From positions 20,995 through 84,994 of the forward strand of contig CAYMXP010000003.1 in the NCBI GenBank assembly GCA_964394425.1: a stretch of DNA of 64,000 nt, written 5' to 3'. Under the pieces are notes generated by a model. It was not told the origin of the DNA. It saw only the letters and a program-made list of their open reading frames with translations, and did not search any database. The DNA comes from an uncultured Chryseobacterium sp. (lineage in GTDB: Bacteria > Bacteroidota > Bacteroidia > Flavobacteriales_F > PHOS-HE28). Of this stretch, positions 47,826-57,874 are shown in pieces. Each line of letters begins with the position of its first letter. Position 1 is the first letter of the stretch. Both the position numbers and the translations under genes were made by a program.

Positions 47826-49148
47826 TCACGCCGCCGGCAGGCGCATGGCAAAGGTCGATCCATGGCCCGGTTCGCTGCGCACCCCGATGGTGCCGCCGTG
47901 GGCCTGCACGATCTGCCGGACGTAGTGCAGCCCCAGCCCGAAGCCTTTCACGTCATGCACGTTGCCGGTGGGTGCCCGGTAAAACCGCTCGAAGATGTGA
48001 CGCACCACATCACGCCGCATGCCCATGCCCCGGTCGGCCACCTCCAGCCGCAGCCACCGGCCTTCATCGCTCGTGCGCACGGCGATGTCCGGTGCTCGCG
48101 GACTGTATTTGATGGCGTTGTCCAGCAGGTTGGCCACCACGTTGCCCAGATGCACGGGATCGCCGATCACCCGGCTGCGTGCCGCCCGCAGGTCGATGCC
48201 GAGCGTGCCGCCACGCTCCTGGAGCGGCAGGCGGAAAGCCTCCACCGCGTCGCGGATGCGCGCATGCATGTCCACCGGCTCGCGCTTCAGGGCCAGGCGG
48301 TCGCGGTCCAGGGTGGCCAGTTGCAACACGCGTTCCACCTGGGTGCGCAACCGCTGGTTCTCCGTATGGATGATGCGCGCGTATTCGCGCAGCCGGTCGG
48401 GTTCGCTCGCGATGGCCGGGTCGCCCAGCACCTCGCTGCTCAGGGCGATGGTGCTGATGGGGGTCTTCAGTTCGTGGGTCATGTTGCCGATGAAGTCGTT
48501 CTTCATCTCGCTGAGGCGTTTCTGCCGGACGATCACCCACACACTGTACACGAAGAAGGAGAAGACGATGAGCACCACCACGGCCGGGTAGATCCACGTG
48601 GCGGCACTGGCCCTGGGCGGTGTCCACAGCGTGCTCGCGCGCCGCGGAAAATACACGCCGAAGTAATGCCCGTCCTTGTCCAGGGTGAGCAGCTGGCTGT
48701 GTTCCGGCGGCTCGCTGGCGGCGCTGTCCATGCCCACGTAGGCGCCGTACACGATGCTGTCGGTGAAGCAGTCGTAAATGCCGTACTCGAAATCCTCGCT
48801 GATGTTGCGGCGCCTGAACTCCTTCTTCAACAGCGATTCCAGCAGGTAGGGATGCACCGTGTCGTTGATGTCCACGGCGAAGTAGTTGGGCCGCTCCTGC
48901 TTCACCGCGTCGAACAGGTCGCTGGGATCCTTGTTGATCGAGAGCAGCTGCTCGGTGACGTTGGTGAGCGCGATGGTCACCCGGTCGTTGAACTGCTTGT
49001 CCAGCTGCGTGCGCTGCTGCTTCTGCAGCTCCACCTGCTCGCGCTGGAAGCGGAAGGCGCGGTCCATCCACAGGATCTGCGTGAGCACCACGCCGGTCAC
49101 GCTCAGCACGGCGAGCAGGACCAGGGTGCCCAGGGTGCGGCGGCGCAT
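47826..49148 (-). CDS. sensor histidine kinase
   Basis: ATG 49148 gives MRRRTLGTLVLLAVLSV (TM). H-box HELKTPISTI and ATPase G-boxes DRGMGM and GFGLGLHYV. Confidence 0.85.
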   Translation of the reverse strand: MRRRTLGTLVLLAVLSVTGVVLTQILWMDRAFRFQREQVELQKQQRTQLDKQFNDRVTIALTNVTEQLLSINKDPSDLFDAVKQERPNYFAVDINDTVHPYLLESLLKKEFRRRNISEDFEYGIYDCFTDSIVYGAYVGMDSAASEPPEHSQLLTLDKDGHYFGVYFPRRASTLWTPPRASAATWIYPAVVVLIVFSFFVYSVWVIVRQKRLSEMKNDFIGNMTHELKTPISTIALSSEVLGDPAIASEPDRLREYARIIHTENQRLRTQVERVLQLATLDRDRLALKREPVDMHARIRDAVEAFRLPLQERGGTLGIDLRAARSRVIGDPVHLGNVVANLLDNAIKYSPRAPDIAVRTSDEGRWLRLEVADRGMGMRRDVVRHIFERFYRAPTGNVHDVKGFGLGLHYVRQIVQAHGGTIGVRSEPGHGSTFAMRLPAA

Positions 49149-49215
49149 GGTGCGCAATGTTACCATGCACCCCGGCGCGAGGCGGGCAGTTAACAGTCCT
49201 TTTACTTTGACCGCG

Positions 49216-50808
49216 ATGCACCGATGGCGCTGGATGATGGCCGGCGCGGCGATCCTCGTGATCACCGCCCTGGGGGCCGCCTTGGACGTGATGGAGACCG
49301 ATGCGGCCCAGTACGCCGCCATGAGCCGCGACCTGCTGTCCGGCGGCGACCCGCTGCGGATCACCATGCGCGGGGAGGATCACCTGGACAAGCCGCCGCT
49401 GCTGTTCTGGACCGCGGCGCTGTCGTTCAAGCTGTTCGGGGTGCATACCTGGAGCTACAAGCTGCCCTCGATCCTGTTCGCCTTCGGCGGGGTGTACGCC
49501 ACCTACCGGCTGGCGCGCCTGCATCACCCCGTGGAGGTCGCGCGCATCGCCGCCCTCTGCTTCGCCTCCACCGCCGCGTTCCTGGTGATGACCAACGACG
49601 TGCGCTGCGACACGCTGCTCACCGGCTCGGTGATCATGGCCACCTGGCAGGGCGCCGAGTACATCGAGCGGCGCAGCTGGAGGCACTTGCTGGGTTGCGC
49701 TGCCGCCATCGGATCGGGCATGCTGGCCAAGGGGCCGATCGGGGCGATGGCCCCCCTGCTTGCCTTGGGCCCGCCCCTGTTGATCCAACGGCGGCGGGCG
49801 GTGCTGCGTGATCCCCGCCTGTTGCTCGTGCCGCTGATCGTGGCGGCCATGCTCCTGCCCATGTGCATCGGCCTGTGGCGGCAGCATGGGATGGAGGGCC
49901 TGCGGTTCTATTTCTGGGGCCAGAGTTTCGGTCGCATCACCGGGGAGAATCCCTGGCGCGACGATTCATCGATCCTGTATTTCACCCACGAGATCCTCTG
50001 GTTGATGATCCCATGGACGCTCTTCGCCCTGATCGGCCTGTGGCGGGACCTGCGCACCTGGGTGACCCGTGGTTCCCGCGCCCTGCCCGAGCTGATCACC
50101 CTGTGCGGCTCGCTCATCGTGTTCATCGTGCTGTCGTTCTCGCACTACAAGCTGCCCCATTACCTCTATCCCATCCTGCCCCTGATCTGCATCATCGCGG
50201 CGCGCGCGATCGCTTCCACCGCGGGGTCCGCACCGGCCCTGGTGCAATTGGGGTTGATGACGGTCCTGGCCGGTCTGGCGGCGGTGCTTTCAGCCTGGAG
50301 CTTTCCCGAGGGCGGCCTTCCATGGCTGGTGGTGATCGCGGCAGGCGTGGCGGGCGCGATGATCGTGTTCGTTCGATCGCGCGGGCATGAGCGCGTCGTC
50401 TGGCCGACGCTGACGATCATGTGCGCCGCGGGTCTTGCGATCAACGGCCACGTGTATCCGGCCATCCTTCGCTACCAGGCCAACGCGGTGGCGGGAAAAC
50501 TGATCGCGGCGGAAGGCATCGCGGGCGGGCGGTTCTTCGGCTTCAACACCGGCGGCCACGCACTTGACTTTTACGCGGGCCATGCTGTTCCGTGGTACAA
50601 CACGATGGAGCGGGTGAAGCCGCTGATCGGCCCGGGCACGGTGGTGTACGTGGATGCCGAACACCGGAGGCAGTTGCTCGACTGGGGGTTGGCGCCGGGC
50701 CGGGAACTCTCGATCGACCACTATCCGGTGCAGCTGCTCAGCCGCGCGTTCCTCGACCCGCGTCGCCGCGAGGCGGTCCTGTCGAAGCGGTACCTGCTGT
50801 TCTACTGA
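49216..50808 (+). CDS. GT39/ArnT-like (PMT_2) integral-membrane glycosyltransferase
   Basis: Multi-TM protein with the DKPPLLFW motif near the N-terminus. The start is ATG 49216, or the ATG pair at 49234/49237. Confidence 0.8.
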   Translation: MHRWRWMMAGAAILVITALGAALDVMETDAAQYAAMSRDLLSGGDPLRITMRGEDHLDKPPLLFWTAALSFKLFGVHTWSYKLPSILFAFGGVYATYRLARLHHPVEVARIAALCFASTAAFLVMTNDVRCDTLLTGSVIMATWQGAEYIERRSWRHLLGCAAAIGSGMLAKGPIGAMAPLLALGPPLLIQRRRAVLRDPRLLLVPLIVAAMLLPMCIGLWRQHGMEGLRFYFWGQSFGRITGENPWRDDSSILYFTHEILWLMIPWTLFALIGLWRDLRTWVTRGSRALPELITLCGSLIVFIVLSFSHYKLPHYLYPILPLICIIAARAIASTAGSAPALVQLGLMTVLAGLAAVLSAWSFPEGGLPWLVVIAAGVAGAMIVFVRSRGHERVVWPTLTIMCAAGLAINGHVYPAILRYQANAVAGKLIAAEGIAGGRFFGFNTGGHALDFYAGHAVPWYNTMERVKPLIGPGTVVYVDAEHRRQLLDWGLAPGRELSIDHYPVQLLSRAFLDPRRREAVLSKRYLLFY

Positions 50809-50815
50809 GGCGGCA

Positions 50816-53305
50816 TCAGAAGCCCTCGCCCTCCCCGCCGTCCTGGCCGGGTTCGCGCCGCTGCTGGCCTTTGCGCCGGAAAAGGGATGTGTTCTGCTCG
50901 CCGAATTTCCACGTGAGGGTGAGGCGGGCGTAGCGCTGCTCGCGCCGGCGATAGCTCTCCTGGTAGAACTGGTCGGTGTCGTACACGCTTCCCCAGCGCC
51001 GGGTGTTGAACACGTCGTTCAGGCTGGCCACCAGGTTGAACCGCTTGTTCAGGTCGGCGCCCACCGAAATGTCCACGCCGTAGTTGGCCAGGGAATGGCC
51101 CTGTGGAACGGGCTTCGGTCCTTCGTATTCCCCGTTCACCTGCAGCACCCAGTCCTTGGCGATGCGCTGGCTGGCGTTCATCTTTCCGGTGAACATCCAG
51201 CCGCTGTTGCGGAGCGGTTCGGCATCCGATGTCAGTCCGACCTCCACATATTGCACCACGGCACCCACGGTGATCTGCAGGCCCGTCCGGGGTTCGAGCT
51301 TCACGGTGTTGTCCCATCCGTAGGTCCAGCTGTCGTCGCCGTTCACGAAGGTGCTCACCAGGATCTCCGGCTCATCGGGCTTCGGGTAGGTGTAGCTGGT
51401 GATCACATCCGCCGTGTAGCGCACGAAGGCCGAGGTGAGCCAGTTGCTCCGGCCGCCCGTGCCGAAGGGCAGCAGGTGGTTCACCTCGCCGATGCCCGTG
51501 AGCTCGGGCGCCAGCGCGGGGTTGCCAATCCGGTAGCTGCGGCTGTCGCTGAACATCACGAACGGCATCACCTGCCAGAACCGGGGCCGGTTGATCTTGC
51601 GGCTGAAGTTGACCTGGAACTCCCGGGCATCGGCCCACCTGCGGGAGAAGTAGAGGGAGGGGAAGATGGCCTTGTCCAGGTCCTTGGTTCCATCGGGGTA
51701 GCGGTAGCTGAAGGTCTCGTCCGCATCGGGCAGTTCCGCCTCGAAGAAGGTGGGCTCCAGGCGCAGTCCGGCCAGCAGGCTCCAATGGTCGGTGAGCTTG
51801 TGCGCCCAATTGATGTATGCCGCGGCGGTGACATCGGTGATCCGATACTCGCTGGACAGCACGCTGTCGGTCACGAACGCGGCGCCGCTGTCGGAGACCT
51901 GTACGTCGAGCACGTTGTGTTCGAGCTTGTAGGCGCCCTTTCCACCCCAGTCGACCTTGTGGCGTTCGTTCAGCGGATCGGCGGCGTCGAACTGGAAGGT
52001 CCATTGCCGCTCATCGGTGGCGCCGGCGCTCTGTTGCACGCGCGGGCTGCCTTCCGCATCGCTGCCATCGGGCGAGTAGGTGGTGGTGGTGTAGGTGGAT
52101 CCGTTCGACCGGTCGCCCCGGTTGTAGGTGAGGTCGGCGGTCCATTCCTTGTTCGGCTTTGGCGAGGTGTGGCGCCAGGCCACCTGGCTGGTGAGGTCGC
52201 GGCCGTCATGTTCCTGCGTGTTCACCTGTTCGCCATAGGAGGTGATCGTTCCCGTCGGATCGCTGTTCACGAAATCCTGCCGGTCGTCGCTTTGATGGCC
52301 GCGCGAACGAACGCTCTGTGAAACGCTGAGCGTGTTGCGGTTGGTCAGGTCCAGGTCCACGCCCAGGCGGCCTCCATGCATGAGGCGTTCCGATGAGCTC
52401 TCGCCGTCCTGCGTGAAGCTGCCGATCTCCGTGCCGTTGTCGCGGTCGATGCGGTCGGTCTCCGAATCGGTGAGGTTGTCGCTGAGGTTGCCGTTGTAGG
52501 AAAGGGTGATGGCGATCGGATCCTCCTTCATGTTCAGGTTGCCCGAGCCCTGCAGGCGCCCGTTCGTGCCCGCCCCCCCCTGAAGCTGGCCGCTGTACCC
52601 GGGCCGGGTGCTTTTCTTGAGCACCACGTTCACGATGCCGCCGGTGGTGCCCGCATCAAAGGCCGCGCCCGGGGTGGTGATCACTTCAACGCGTTCGATC
52701 TCCTCGCTGGGGATCTGTTCCAGCGACATGGTGGTGGGACGCCCGTCGATCAGCAGTTGCGGCGAGGCGTTGCGCAGGGTGATGCCCCCGTCCACGTCCA
52801 CGCTCAAGCCCGGCACGTTCTTCATCACGTCCAGGGCGGTGGCGCCCCGGCTGCTCAGGTCCTTGTCCACGTTGTACACGCGCCGGTCCACCTGCAGGCT
52901 CACCTGGCTGCGCTCGGCGGTCACCTCGGCCGTTTCGAGGGATACGGCCGATGCGTTCAGCCGCAGATCGCCAAGGTCCTGGGCGGGTTGCCGCGGATCG
53001 ACGGTCACCTCAAGCAGCAGGGTCTCGAAGCCCACCGAACTGACGCGCAGGCGATGGGTCCCGGCGGGTACCGCTTCGAGCACGAAATCGCCGTTGCCCT
53101 TGGCCAGCGTACCGGTGATCACGCTGTCGGAGCGTTGGGCCAGCAGGGCGATGGTGGCGTACTCCACGGGTTCCGAGCTGGTGGCCTGGAGCACCCGGCC
53201 CTGGACCTTCCCCTGGGGCGTGCCGGGTCGCTGCGCCATGCCCGCCCCGGCGTTGAGGATCAGGAAGCCGAACGGGACCAGGCGGGACCTCGGGAAGCAA
53301 CGCAC
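50816..53305 (-). CDS. outer-membrane beta-barrel / TonB-dependent-receptor-like protein with carboxypeptidase-regulatory-like N-domain
   Basis: GKVQGRVLQATSSEPVEYATIALL (CarbopepD_reg-like), a plug-like ITLRNASPQLLIDGRPT, and a long beta-barrel ending ...YARLTLTWKF. The start is uncertain (GTG 53305 or ATG 53239). The track start at 53506 would overlap the upstream RRM gene. Confidence 0.7.
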   Translation of the reverse strand: MRCFPRSRLVPFGFLILNAGAGMAQRPGTPQGKVQGRVLQATSSEPVEYATIALLAQRSDSVITGTLAKGNGDFVLEAVPAGTHRLRVSSVGFETLLLEVTVDPRQPAQDLGDLRLNASAVSLETAEVTAERSQVSLQVDRRVYNVDKDLSSRGATALDVMKNVPGLSVDVDGGITLRNASPQLLIDGRPTTMSLEQIPSEEIERVEVITTPGAAFDAGTTGGIVNVVLKKSTRPGYSGQLQGGAGTNGRLQGSGNLNMKEDPIAITLSYNGNLSDNLTDSETDRIDRDNGTEIGSFTQDGESSSERLMHGGRLGVDLDLTNRNTLSVSQSVRSRGHQSDDRQDFVNSDPTGTITSYGEQVNTQEHDGRDLTSQVAWRHTSPKPNKEWTADLTYNRGDRSNGSTYTTTTYSPDGSDAEGSPRVQQSAGATDERQWTFQFDAADPLNERHKVDWGGKGAYKLEHNVLDVQVSDSGAAFVTDSVLSSEYRITDVTAAAYINWAHKLTDHWSLLAGLRLEPTFFEAELPDADETFSYRYPDGTKDLDKAIFPSLYFSRRWADAREFQVNFSRKINRPRFWQVMPFVMFSDSRSYRIGNPALAPELTGIGEVNHLLPFGTGGRSNWLTSAFVRYTADVITSYTYPKPDEPEILVSTFVNGDDSWTYGWDNTVKLEPRTGLQITVGAVVQYVEVGLTSDAEPLRNSGWMFTGKMNASQRIAKDWVLQVNGEYEGPKPVPQGHSLANYGVDISVGADLNKRFNLVASLNDVFNTRRWGSVYDTDQFYQESYRRREQRYARLTLTWKFGEQNTSLFRRKGQQRREPGQDGGEGEGF

Positions 53306-53408
53306 GATGACTTGGTATGACCCCGTTGAGGAACGCAAAAGTAGCCCGGCCCGAAAGCAGGGACCCCCGGCGCGGGCCGGGGGTCCTGAAGGTCGAAGGT
53401 TCGGGAGA

Positions 53409-53759
53409 TCAGAACTCCTCGCGACGGTACTCGCGGTCGCCACGCTCGCGGTCGCGGAAGCCGCGGTCGCGGAAGCCGCCGCGGTCGTTGTTGCGGAAGC
53501 CGCCACGGTCGCCTTCCGGGCGCGGGCGTGCTTCGTTCACCACCAGGTCGCGGCCCTGGAAGGGCTTGCCGTTGATGGCTTCGATGGCCGCCTTGCCGGC
53601 GGAATCGTCGGACATTTCCACGAAGCCGAAGCCGCGGCTCCGGTTGGTGGCCTTGTCCATGATGATCTTGGCCGAGGTCACTTCACCGTGGGCTTCGAAG
53701 AGCTCGCGGAGGTCCTGGTCCTTTGCGCTGTACGCAATGTTGGCAACGTAGATGTTCAT
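53409..53759 (-). CDS. RRM-type RNA-binding protein with Arg/Gly-rich tail
   Basis: RNP-2 NIYVANI and RNP-1 RGFGFVEM, then a C-terminal RGGFR/DRGFRDR tail. Confidence 0.9.
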   Translation of the reverse strand: MNIYVANIAYSAKDQDLRELFEAHGEVTSAKIIMDKATNRSRGFGFVEMSDDSAGKAAIEAINGKPFQGRDLVVNEARPRPEGDRGGFRNNDRGGFRDRGFRDRERGDREYRREEF

Positions 53760-53825
53760 GAGTTCCTACTGACTGGTTGACTTCGCGCGTTAGGTTTTTT
53801 TTGGCGAAGCGGCGACCAAAGTAGG

Positions 53826-53855
53826 GAAAAACACGATCCGCAAGGTCTTCGCGGC
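53826..53855 (-). terminator. possible intrinsic terminator
   Basis: The minus strand reads CCGCGAAGACCTTGCGG (6-bp stem including one G-U pair) followed by ATCGTGTTTTTCC. Lies just after the stop at 53878. Confidence 0.35.
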
Positions 53856-53877
53856 GCCGGGAGGGTCGCCTTCCTCC

Positions 53878-54987
53878 TCAGTGGGGGTGCCCGGTGGGGT
53901 CGGCGGCCATGCGCCGTTGGAGCAGGCGCACGCTGTGGTGCTCGGCCAGCAGGCGGATGCCGGTGATCCGGGGATCTTCCGTGATCCGGCGCACCACCGC
54001 CGCCGGGGACAGGTGACCGCGATAATACCGCAGCACCGCCTCCTTCATCCGTGCCACGGCGGCCGCCTCCATGGCCAGGGCGCGCGATATGCCCGATGCC
54101 AGGCCGTCGGGGTCGGTGAAAGCGATGCACTCCCGGCCATCGAGCAGGGGCGGATCGAACAGGTGCGGGTATTGGATGATGGGCACCACGCCGAGGGACA
54201 TCGCTTCGATCACGCCATGCGTCCACGGCATCACCACGCCGGGAAAGGCGATGGTGAAGTCGGATCGGCCCAGGATCCAGCGCAGTTCGCGCGGGGGCAC
54301 GTTGAAGTCGTCGTGCCGGTCAATGATGCATAAGGGGCGATCCACTTCCGCCAGGTCTTCCAAGCGTTCGGGGGCGAAGAGCAGTGCGGGGAAGCGGGCC
54401 CGGATCACCTCGCGCATCGCGGGCCGGTCCAGCATGCCGAAGACCGTGCGGACTTCGGCCTGCGCGTAGGCCGCACCGCCGAAGTCGCCGGCGAAGAAGA
54501 GCTTGATCGGATGCATGCGCTCCAGGGGATGCCCGGCCGGCAGTTCAGCCATGGCTTCCAGGTCCTGCACGTACACGGTGTTCACCATGGGCATGGGCAC
54601 GCGGTAGATCGCCGGATCGGGCGGCGCGAAGTAGTCGGGGCTGAGGGAAAGCACGCGGGTGCCGGTGGTGGCGGCCGGAACAGGCCGGTCGGTGATGATG
54701 AGCTGCGCGGATGCGTCATCGCGCCACCGCATGCGCACGCGCGGCACGTAGCGCAGGAGCAGGTGCGTGTTCCAGGTGCCGAAGGAGCGCGCGCGCAGGT
54801 ACACCTCCCGATCCATGCGATCGAAGAAGTGGGCCAGCAGCAACAGGTAGCGTTCGTACACGTTGTCGCGCACGTCGAACAGCACCGTGCCGGCCGTTCT
54901 CCTTCCCGCCCGGCGATGATGCCGGTTGCGCCAATGGACCAGCAGGTTCACCAGGGTCCAACGAACGCGGGACAGCAGGGTGCGCAT
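53878..54987 (-). CDS. hypothetical protein, possibly a GT-B-fold glycosyltransferase
   Basis: ATG 54987 (the track start at 55020 is TTG and overlaps ppa). The C-terminal part (GVIEAMSLGVVPI...DGRECIAFTD) resembles the nucleotide-sugar-binding half of GT1-like enzymes. This is weak evidence. Confidence 0.45.
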   Translation of the reverse strand: MRTLLSRVRWTLVNLLVHWRNRHHRRAGRRTAGTVLFDVRDNVYERYLLLLAHFFDRMDREVYLRARSFGTWNTHLLLRYVPRVRMRWRDDASAQLIITDRPVPAATTGTRVLSLSPDYFAPPDPAIYRVPMPMVNTVYVQDLEAMAELPAGHPLERMHPIKLFFAGDFGGAAYAQAEVRTVFGMLDRPAMREVIRARFPALLFAPERLEDLAEVDRPLCIIDRHDDFNVPPRELRWILGRSDFTIAFPGVVMPWTHGVIEAMSLGVVPIIQYPHLFDPPLLDGRECIAFTDPDGLASGISRALAMEAAAVARMKEAVLRYYRGHLSPAAVVRRITEDPRITGIRLLAEHHSVRLLQRRMAADPTGHPH

Positions 54988-55001
54988 CACCGTGGCCGGG
55001 T

Positions 55002-55544
55002 TCAATGGACCGTGGCCCAATGGTGGACCGAGGCCAGGGCGGCATCGCGCCCTTTCACCCCCAGCACGCGGGCGCCATCCTCGGGATCGTAGTGCTCCAG
55101 CCAGGTGGTCAGGATGGTCACCACGCCTTCGGGCAGTTCGGCGAGGTCGTCCACATCAACGGTCAGCAGCGACCGATCCACCGGCAGGGCCACCAGCTTG
55201 TCGTCACGCTCCCCGGCGTCCAGCAGTTCGATGATGCCGATCGGCTCGATCTCCATCACCGTTCCGACCGGTATCGCGGCGCAAAGCACGAACACATCCA
55301 GCGCATCGCCATCGCCGCCGCGCGCCTCCTCCATGAGGGTGCCGGGGATGAAGCCATAGTTGGCGGGGTAGGGCAGGAACCGGATGCGGCGCGGCCGGCC
55401 GTCGCGCTCATCGATCGGGAAGGAACCCGTGGCCGGATCATGCTCGCGCTTGTCGCTGGTGCCGGCCGGGATCTCGATCACGGCGCGAACGTGCCCCCCC
55501 GCCGTGAAGGCGGGAAGACGATGGACGGCGGAGGTGGAACGCAT
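55002..55544 (-). CDS. ppa: inorganic pyrophosphatase (family I)
   Basis: VIEIPAGTSDK.E....G, YPANYGFIPGT and DGDALDVFVL motifs. Confidence 0.9.
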   Translation of the reverse strand: MRSTSAVHRLPAFTAGGHVRAVIEIPAGTSDKREHDPATGSFPIDERDGRPRRIRFLPYPANYGFIPGTLMEEARGGDGDALDVFVLCAAIPVGTVMEIEPIGIIELLDAGERDDKLVALPVDRSLLTVDVDDLAELPEGVVTILTTWLEHYDPEDGARVLGVKGRDAALASVHHWATVH

Positions 55545-55589
55545 TGCCGGCCGCGAAGGTCCGCAATGCGCCGTTCTTCGCCATGCCGC

Positions 55590-57260
55590 CTATTCGATCC
55601 GGTAGCCCACGCCGAGCATCAGGCCCATGGCGTTGGAGCGCCGTGAGAGATCCCCGTCTTCATGGGTGTCGAACAGCTGGCCGCGCAAGCAGGGTTCGAG
55701 GCCGAAGGACCAACCCTTGGAGGTCATGTAACGCAGATAGGGCCGCGCGACATAGCCGATGGTCACGCTGGTCAGGGGTTGGTCTTCCAGGGCCACCAGC
55801 GATCCACCCGGGCCGACCGGCAAGGCACCCTGGCGCGAGGTCATGATCCCGATGGTGGGTCCGGCCCGCAGACCCAGACGCCATCGCGCACCGGCGGTAT
55901 GCACATCGCCCAGGAGGGGGATCTCCAGATAGCTCACGCGGTTGGTGCGCTCCAGGGCTTCACGCGTCACGATGGTCGTGGTGGTGGAATCCACCTGCGT
56001 GTCCATCACATAGATGGTGGTGTTCACGCCCTGGGTCACGTAGTAGGTGGTGCTGTCGACCACCACCGTGTCGATCACGATAAGCACCGTGGTATCGACC
56101 GGGTTGAACGTGTGCGTGTAGAACAGCTCCGTGTGCGGGCTGGTCTGCTCGTCCAGGCTCAGCTTTTCAGCATAGCGGATCGCGTGCAGGCCGATGCCAT
56201 AGCCCCAGTTCTCGCGTAGGTGCATCCATTCCAGCCCCAGCGAAGGCGAGGTGCTCTCGGTGATGGATCCATCAAACGCGCCGGCGGCTGAACCGCCATA
56301 GGTGGTGTTGGTCCACATCACGCCGCCCAGTGCGCTCAACTCCACCCAGCGGGCGGGAGGGACGAACGCGCTGGTCGTGGGCGCGGGGGCCGTGCTGTCC
56401 GACGGGATCGGAGGTTGGTCCGCGGTGATGGTCGTTGAGGTCCGTGGCCCGGCCGTGGAAGGCACGGCATCAGGCGCGGCTGTCGCGGTGGACGGTCCCG
56501 CTTGCGTTGATGTGCTTTGATCGACGGCTGCCGGTCGAACGTCCAGCGTGGGTTCCGCGGCGCCGGTCGCCTCCGTTCTGGATGGGGGCGCGGTCCCCAT
56601 CTCGGAGATGGTCACCGTCCCATCGCCCTGCCCGATGGTCGTGGGCCGCTGGTCGTCCCGTGCCGCCGCGATCCGTTGTTCATCGGGACCGGAGCCGCCC
56701 GTTCGTTCGACGGATGTCTCGACCGGTGCGTCATCAGCGGAACCTTCGCGGACGAGGACCGCCAACGAAGCCGGGGTGGGCATGCGCTCCCTGGTCATGG
56801 CCGTGCGCGCGTCGGGCTCCGGTCGGGGGCTGTTCCGCGCCGCGTCCACGGTCGATGCCGTTCCGGGCACCGCGGGCACCACCGGTACGGAAGGACCGGT
56901 GACGTTCTGGTCGGCGTTCGGCGCGGGACCATCAGCAGGGACGGATCCTCCTTCGGGCCCGGCCGGCCGAACCATCGCCGGGCCGACCACGCCGGGCTTT
57001 TCCGGTCCGATCGTCGTGGCCTCGATCGCCCTGCTTTCGGCCAGTGGCGCCGGTCGCCGATCAATGAGCAGCCAGGCCGCGATCCCTGCCAGCAACAGGA
57101 TGAGCGCCGCGGTGAAGCGGCGCACGGAGGCCCCGCGACGGTGCCGCTTTTCGGAACGCAACAACCGCTGCATGGCGTTCCAGTTCGCCTCGTCGTAGGG
57201 GAAGCTGCGCTCCTCCAGCTTGCGCCGGGCGCTCTCGTCGAATGCTTCGTTGCGGTTCAT
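55590..57260 (-). CDS. membrane-anchored protein (putative anti-sigma factor) with Pro/Thr/Ala-rich linker and C-terminal beta-barrel-like domain
   Basis: Its ATG overlaps the sigma-factor stop (ATGA). A ~45-aa N-terminal segment is followed by one TM helix (FTAALILLLAGIAAWLLI), ~250 aa of low complexity and ~230 aa with an alternating beta-strand pattern. Confidence 0.65.
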   Translation of the reverse strand: MNRNEAFDESARRKLEERSFPYDEANWNAMQRLLRSEKRHRRGASVRRFTAALILLLAGIAAWLLIDRRPAPLAESRAIEATTIGPEKPGVVGPAMVRPAGPEGGSVPADGPAPNADQNVTGPSVPVVPAVPGTASTVDAARNSPRPEPDARTAMTRERMPTPASLAVLVREGSADDAPVETSVERTGGSGPDEQRIAAARDDQRPTTIGQGDGTVTISEMGTAPPSRTEATGAAEPTLDVRPAAVDQSTSTQAGPSTATAAPDAVPSTAGPRTSTTITADQPPIPSDSTAPAPTTSAFVPPARWVELSALGGVMWTNTTYGGSAAGAFDGSITESTSPSLGLEWMHLRENWGYGIGLHAIRYAEKLSLDEQTSPHTELFYTHTFNPVDTTVLIVIDTVVVDSTTYYVTQGVNTTIYVMDTQVDSTTTTIVTREALERTNRVSYLEIPLLGDVHTAGARWRLGLRAGPTIGIMTSRQGALPVGPGGSLVALEDQPLTSVTIGYVARPYLRYMTSKGWSFGLEPCLRGQLFDTHEDGDLSRRSNAMGLMLGVGYRIE

Positions 57261-57826
57261 CGCGTCGCGTTGATCGTTCTGGTCCTGGTCCGTTCTTCAT
57301 GCATGGCCAGCGCGCGGCGCAGGATGGTACGCGCATGGTTCACGTGCCACTTGGATGTGCCTTCGCTGATGCCCAGCAGGTCGCGTACCTCGGCATGCGA
57401 GCATCCGTCGATGGCGAAGAGGTTGAACACCTGCCGCGTGACGGGCGGCAGCCGCCGCAGCAGCTCGGCGAAGGCTTCGGCTTCCATCTCCCGCAGGTAA
57501 TCGTTGGTGCTGGCCCCCGCATGATCGTCCACCTGGTCCGTTAGCGTTTCGTTCTCGCGGCGCGGCCTGCTCCTGCGGAAGGCATCGATCACCGTGTTGA
57601 TCACGATGCGTCGGGCCCAGGGCTCGAAGGGCACCGAGGGCCGCCGGTCGGCGAGCCCACGCAGGATGCGCAGGAAACCCTGGTTCATCAGGGCCACCGC
57701 GTCCTGCCGGTTGCGTTCGTAGCGCGTGCAGATGGAGAGCATCGAGGCATGCATCGACCGGTACAGCTCGTGCTGCGCCTTCGCGTCCCCCTTGACGCAG
57801 CGTTCGATCAGTGCCTGGGTGACCAT
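57257..57826 (-). CDS. ECF-subfamily RNA polymerase sigma-70 factor
   Basis: Region 2 (FEPWARRIVINTVIDAFR) and region 4 (LPPVTRQVFNLFAIDGCSHAEVRDLLGISEGTSKWHVNHAR); 189 aa. Confidence 0.9.
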   Translation of the reverse strand: MVTQALIERCVKGDAKAQHELYRSMHASMLSICTRYERNRQDAVALMNQGFLRILRGLADRRPSVPFEPWARRIVINTVIDAFRRSRPRRENETLTDQVDDHAGASTNDYLREMEAEAFAELLRRLPPVTRQVFNLFAIDGCSHAEVRDLLGISEGTSKWHVNHARTILRRALAMHEERTRTRTINATR

Positions 57827-57841
57827 GGTCCCTGTCGTGCG

Positions 57842-57874
57842 GAAGGGCGCCCCGAACGGATCGGGACGCCCTTC
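57842..57874 (-). terminator. strong hairpin between cargo paralog A and the sigma-factor gene
   Basis: GAAGGGCGCCCC-N9-GGGACGCCCTTC (11/12 bp). There is no T-run, so it could be a terminator, attenuator or processing site. Confidence 0.4.

Noticed and set aside
53306-53506. Alanine/serine/threonine-rich N-terminal extension of the outer-membrane receptor ORF, overlapping the RRM gene
   Set aside because: It would overlap the 3' end of the RRM gene, and it reflects the GGN/CGN-rich DNA encoding the Arg/Gly tail read in another frame. A signal-peptide-like sequence starts only near 53305.
56280-57060. Pro/Thr/Ala-rich low-complexity coding stretches, here and in the TonB spacer (about 26400-26650), as candidate DNA repeats
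   Set aside because: There is no exact nucleotide periodicity. These are compositionally biased linkers typical of TonB and envelope-spanning proteins.
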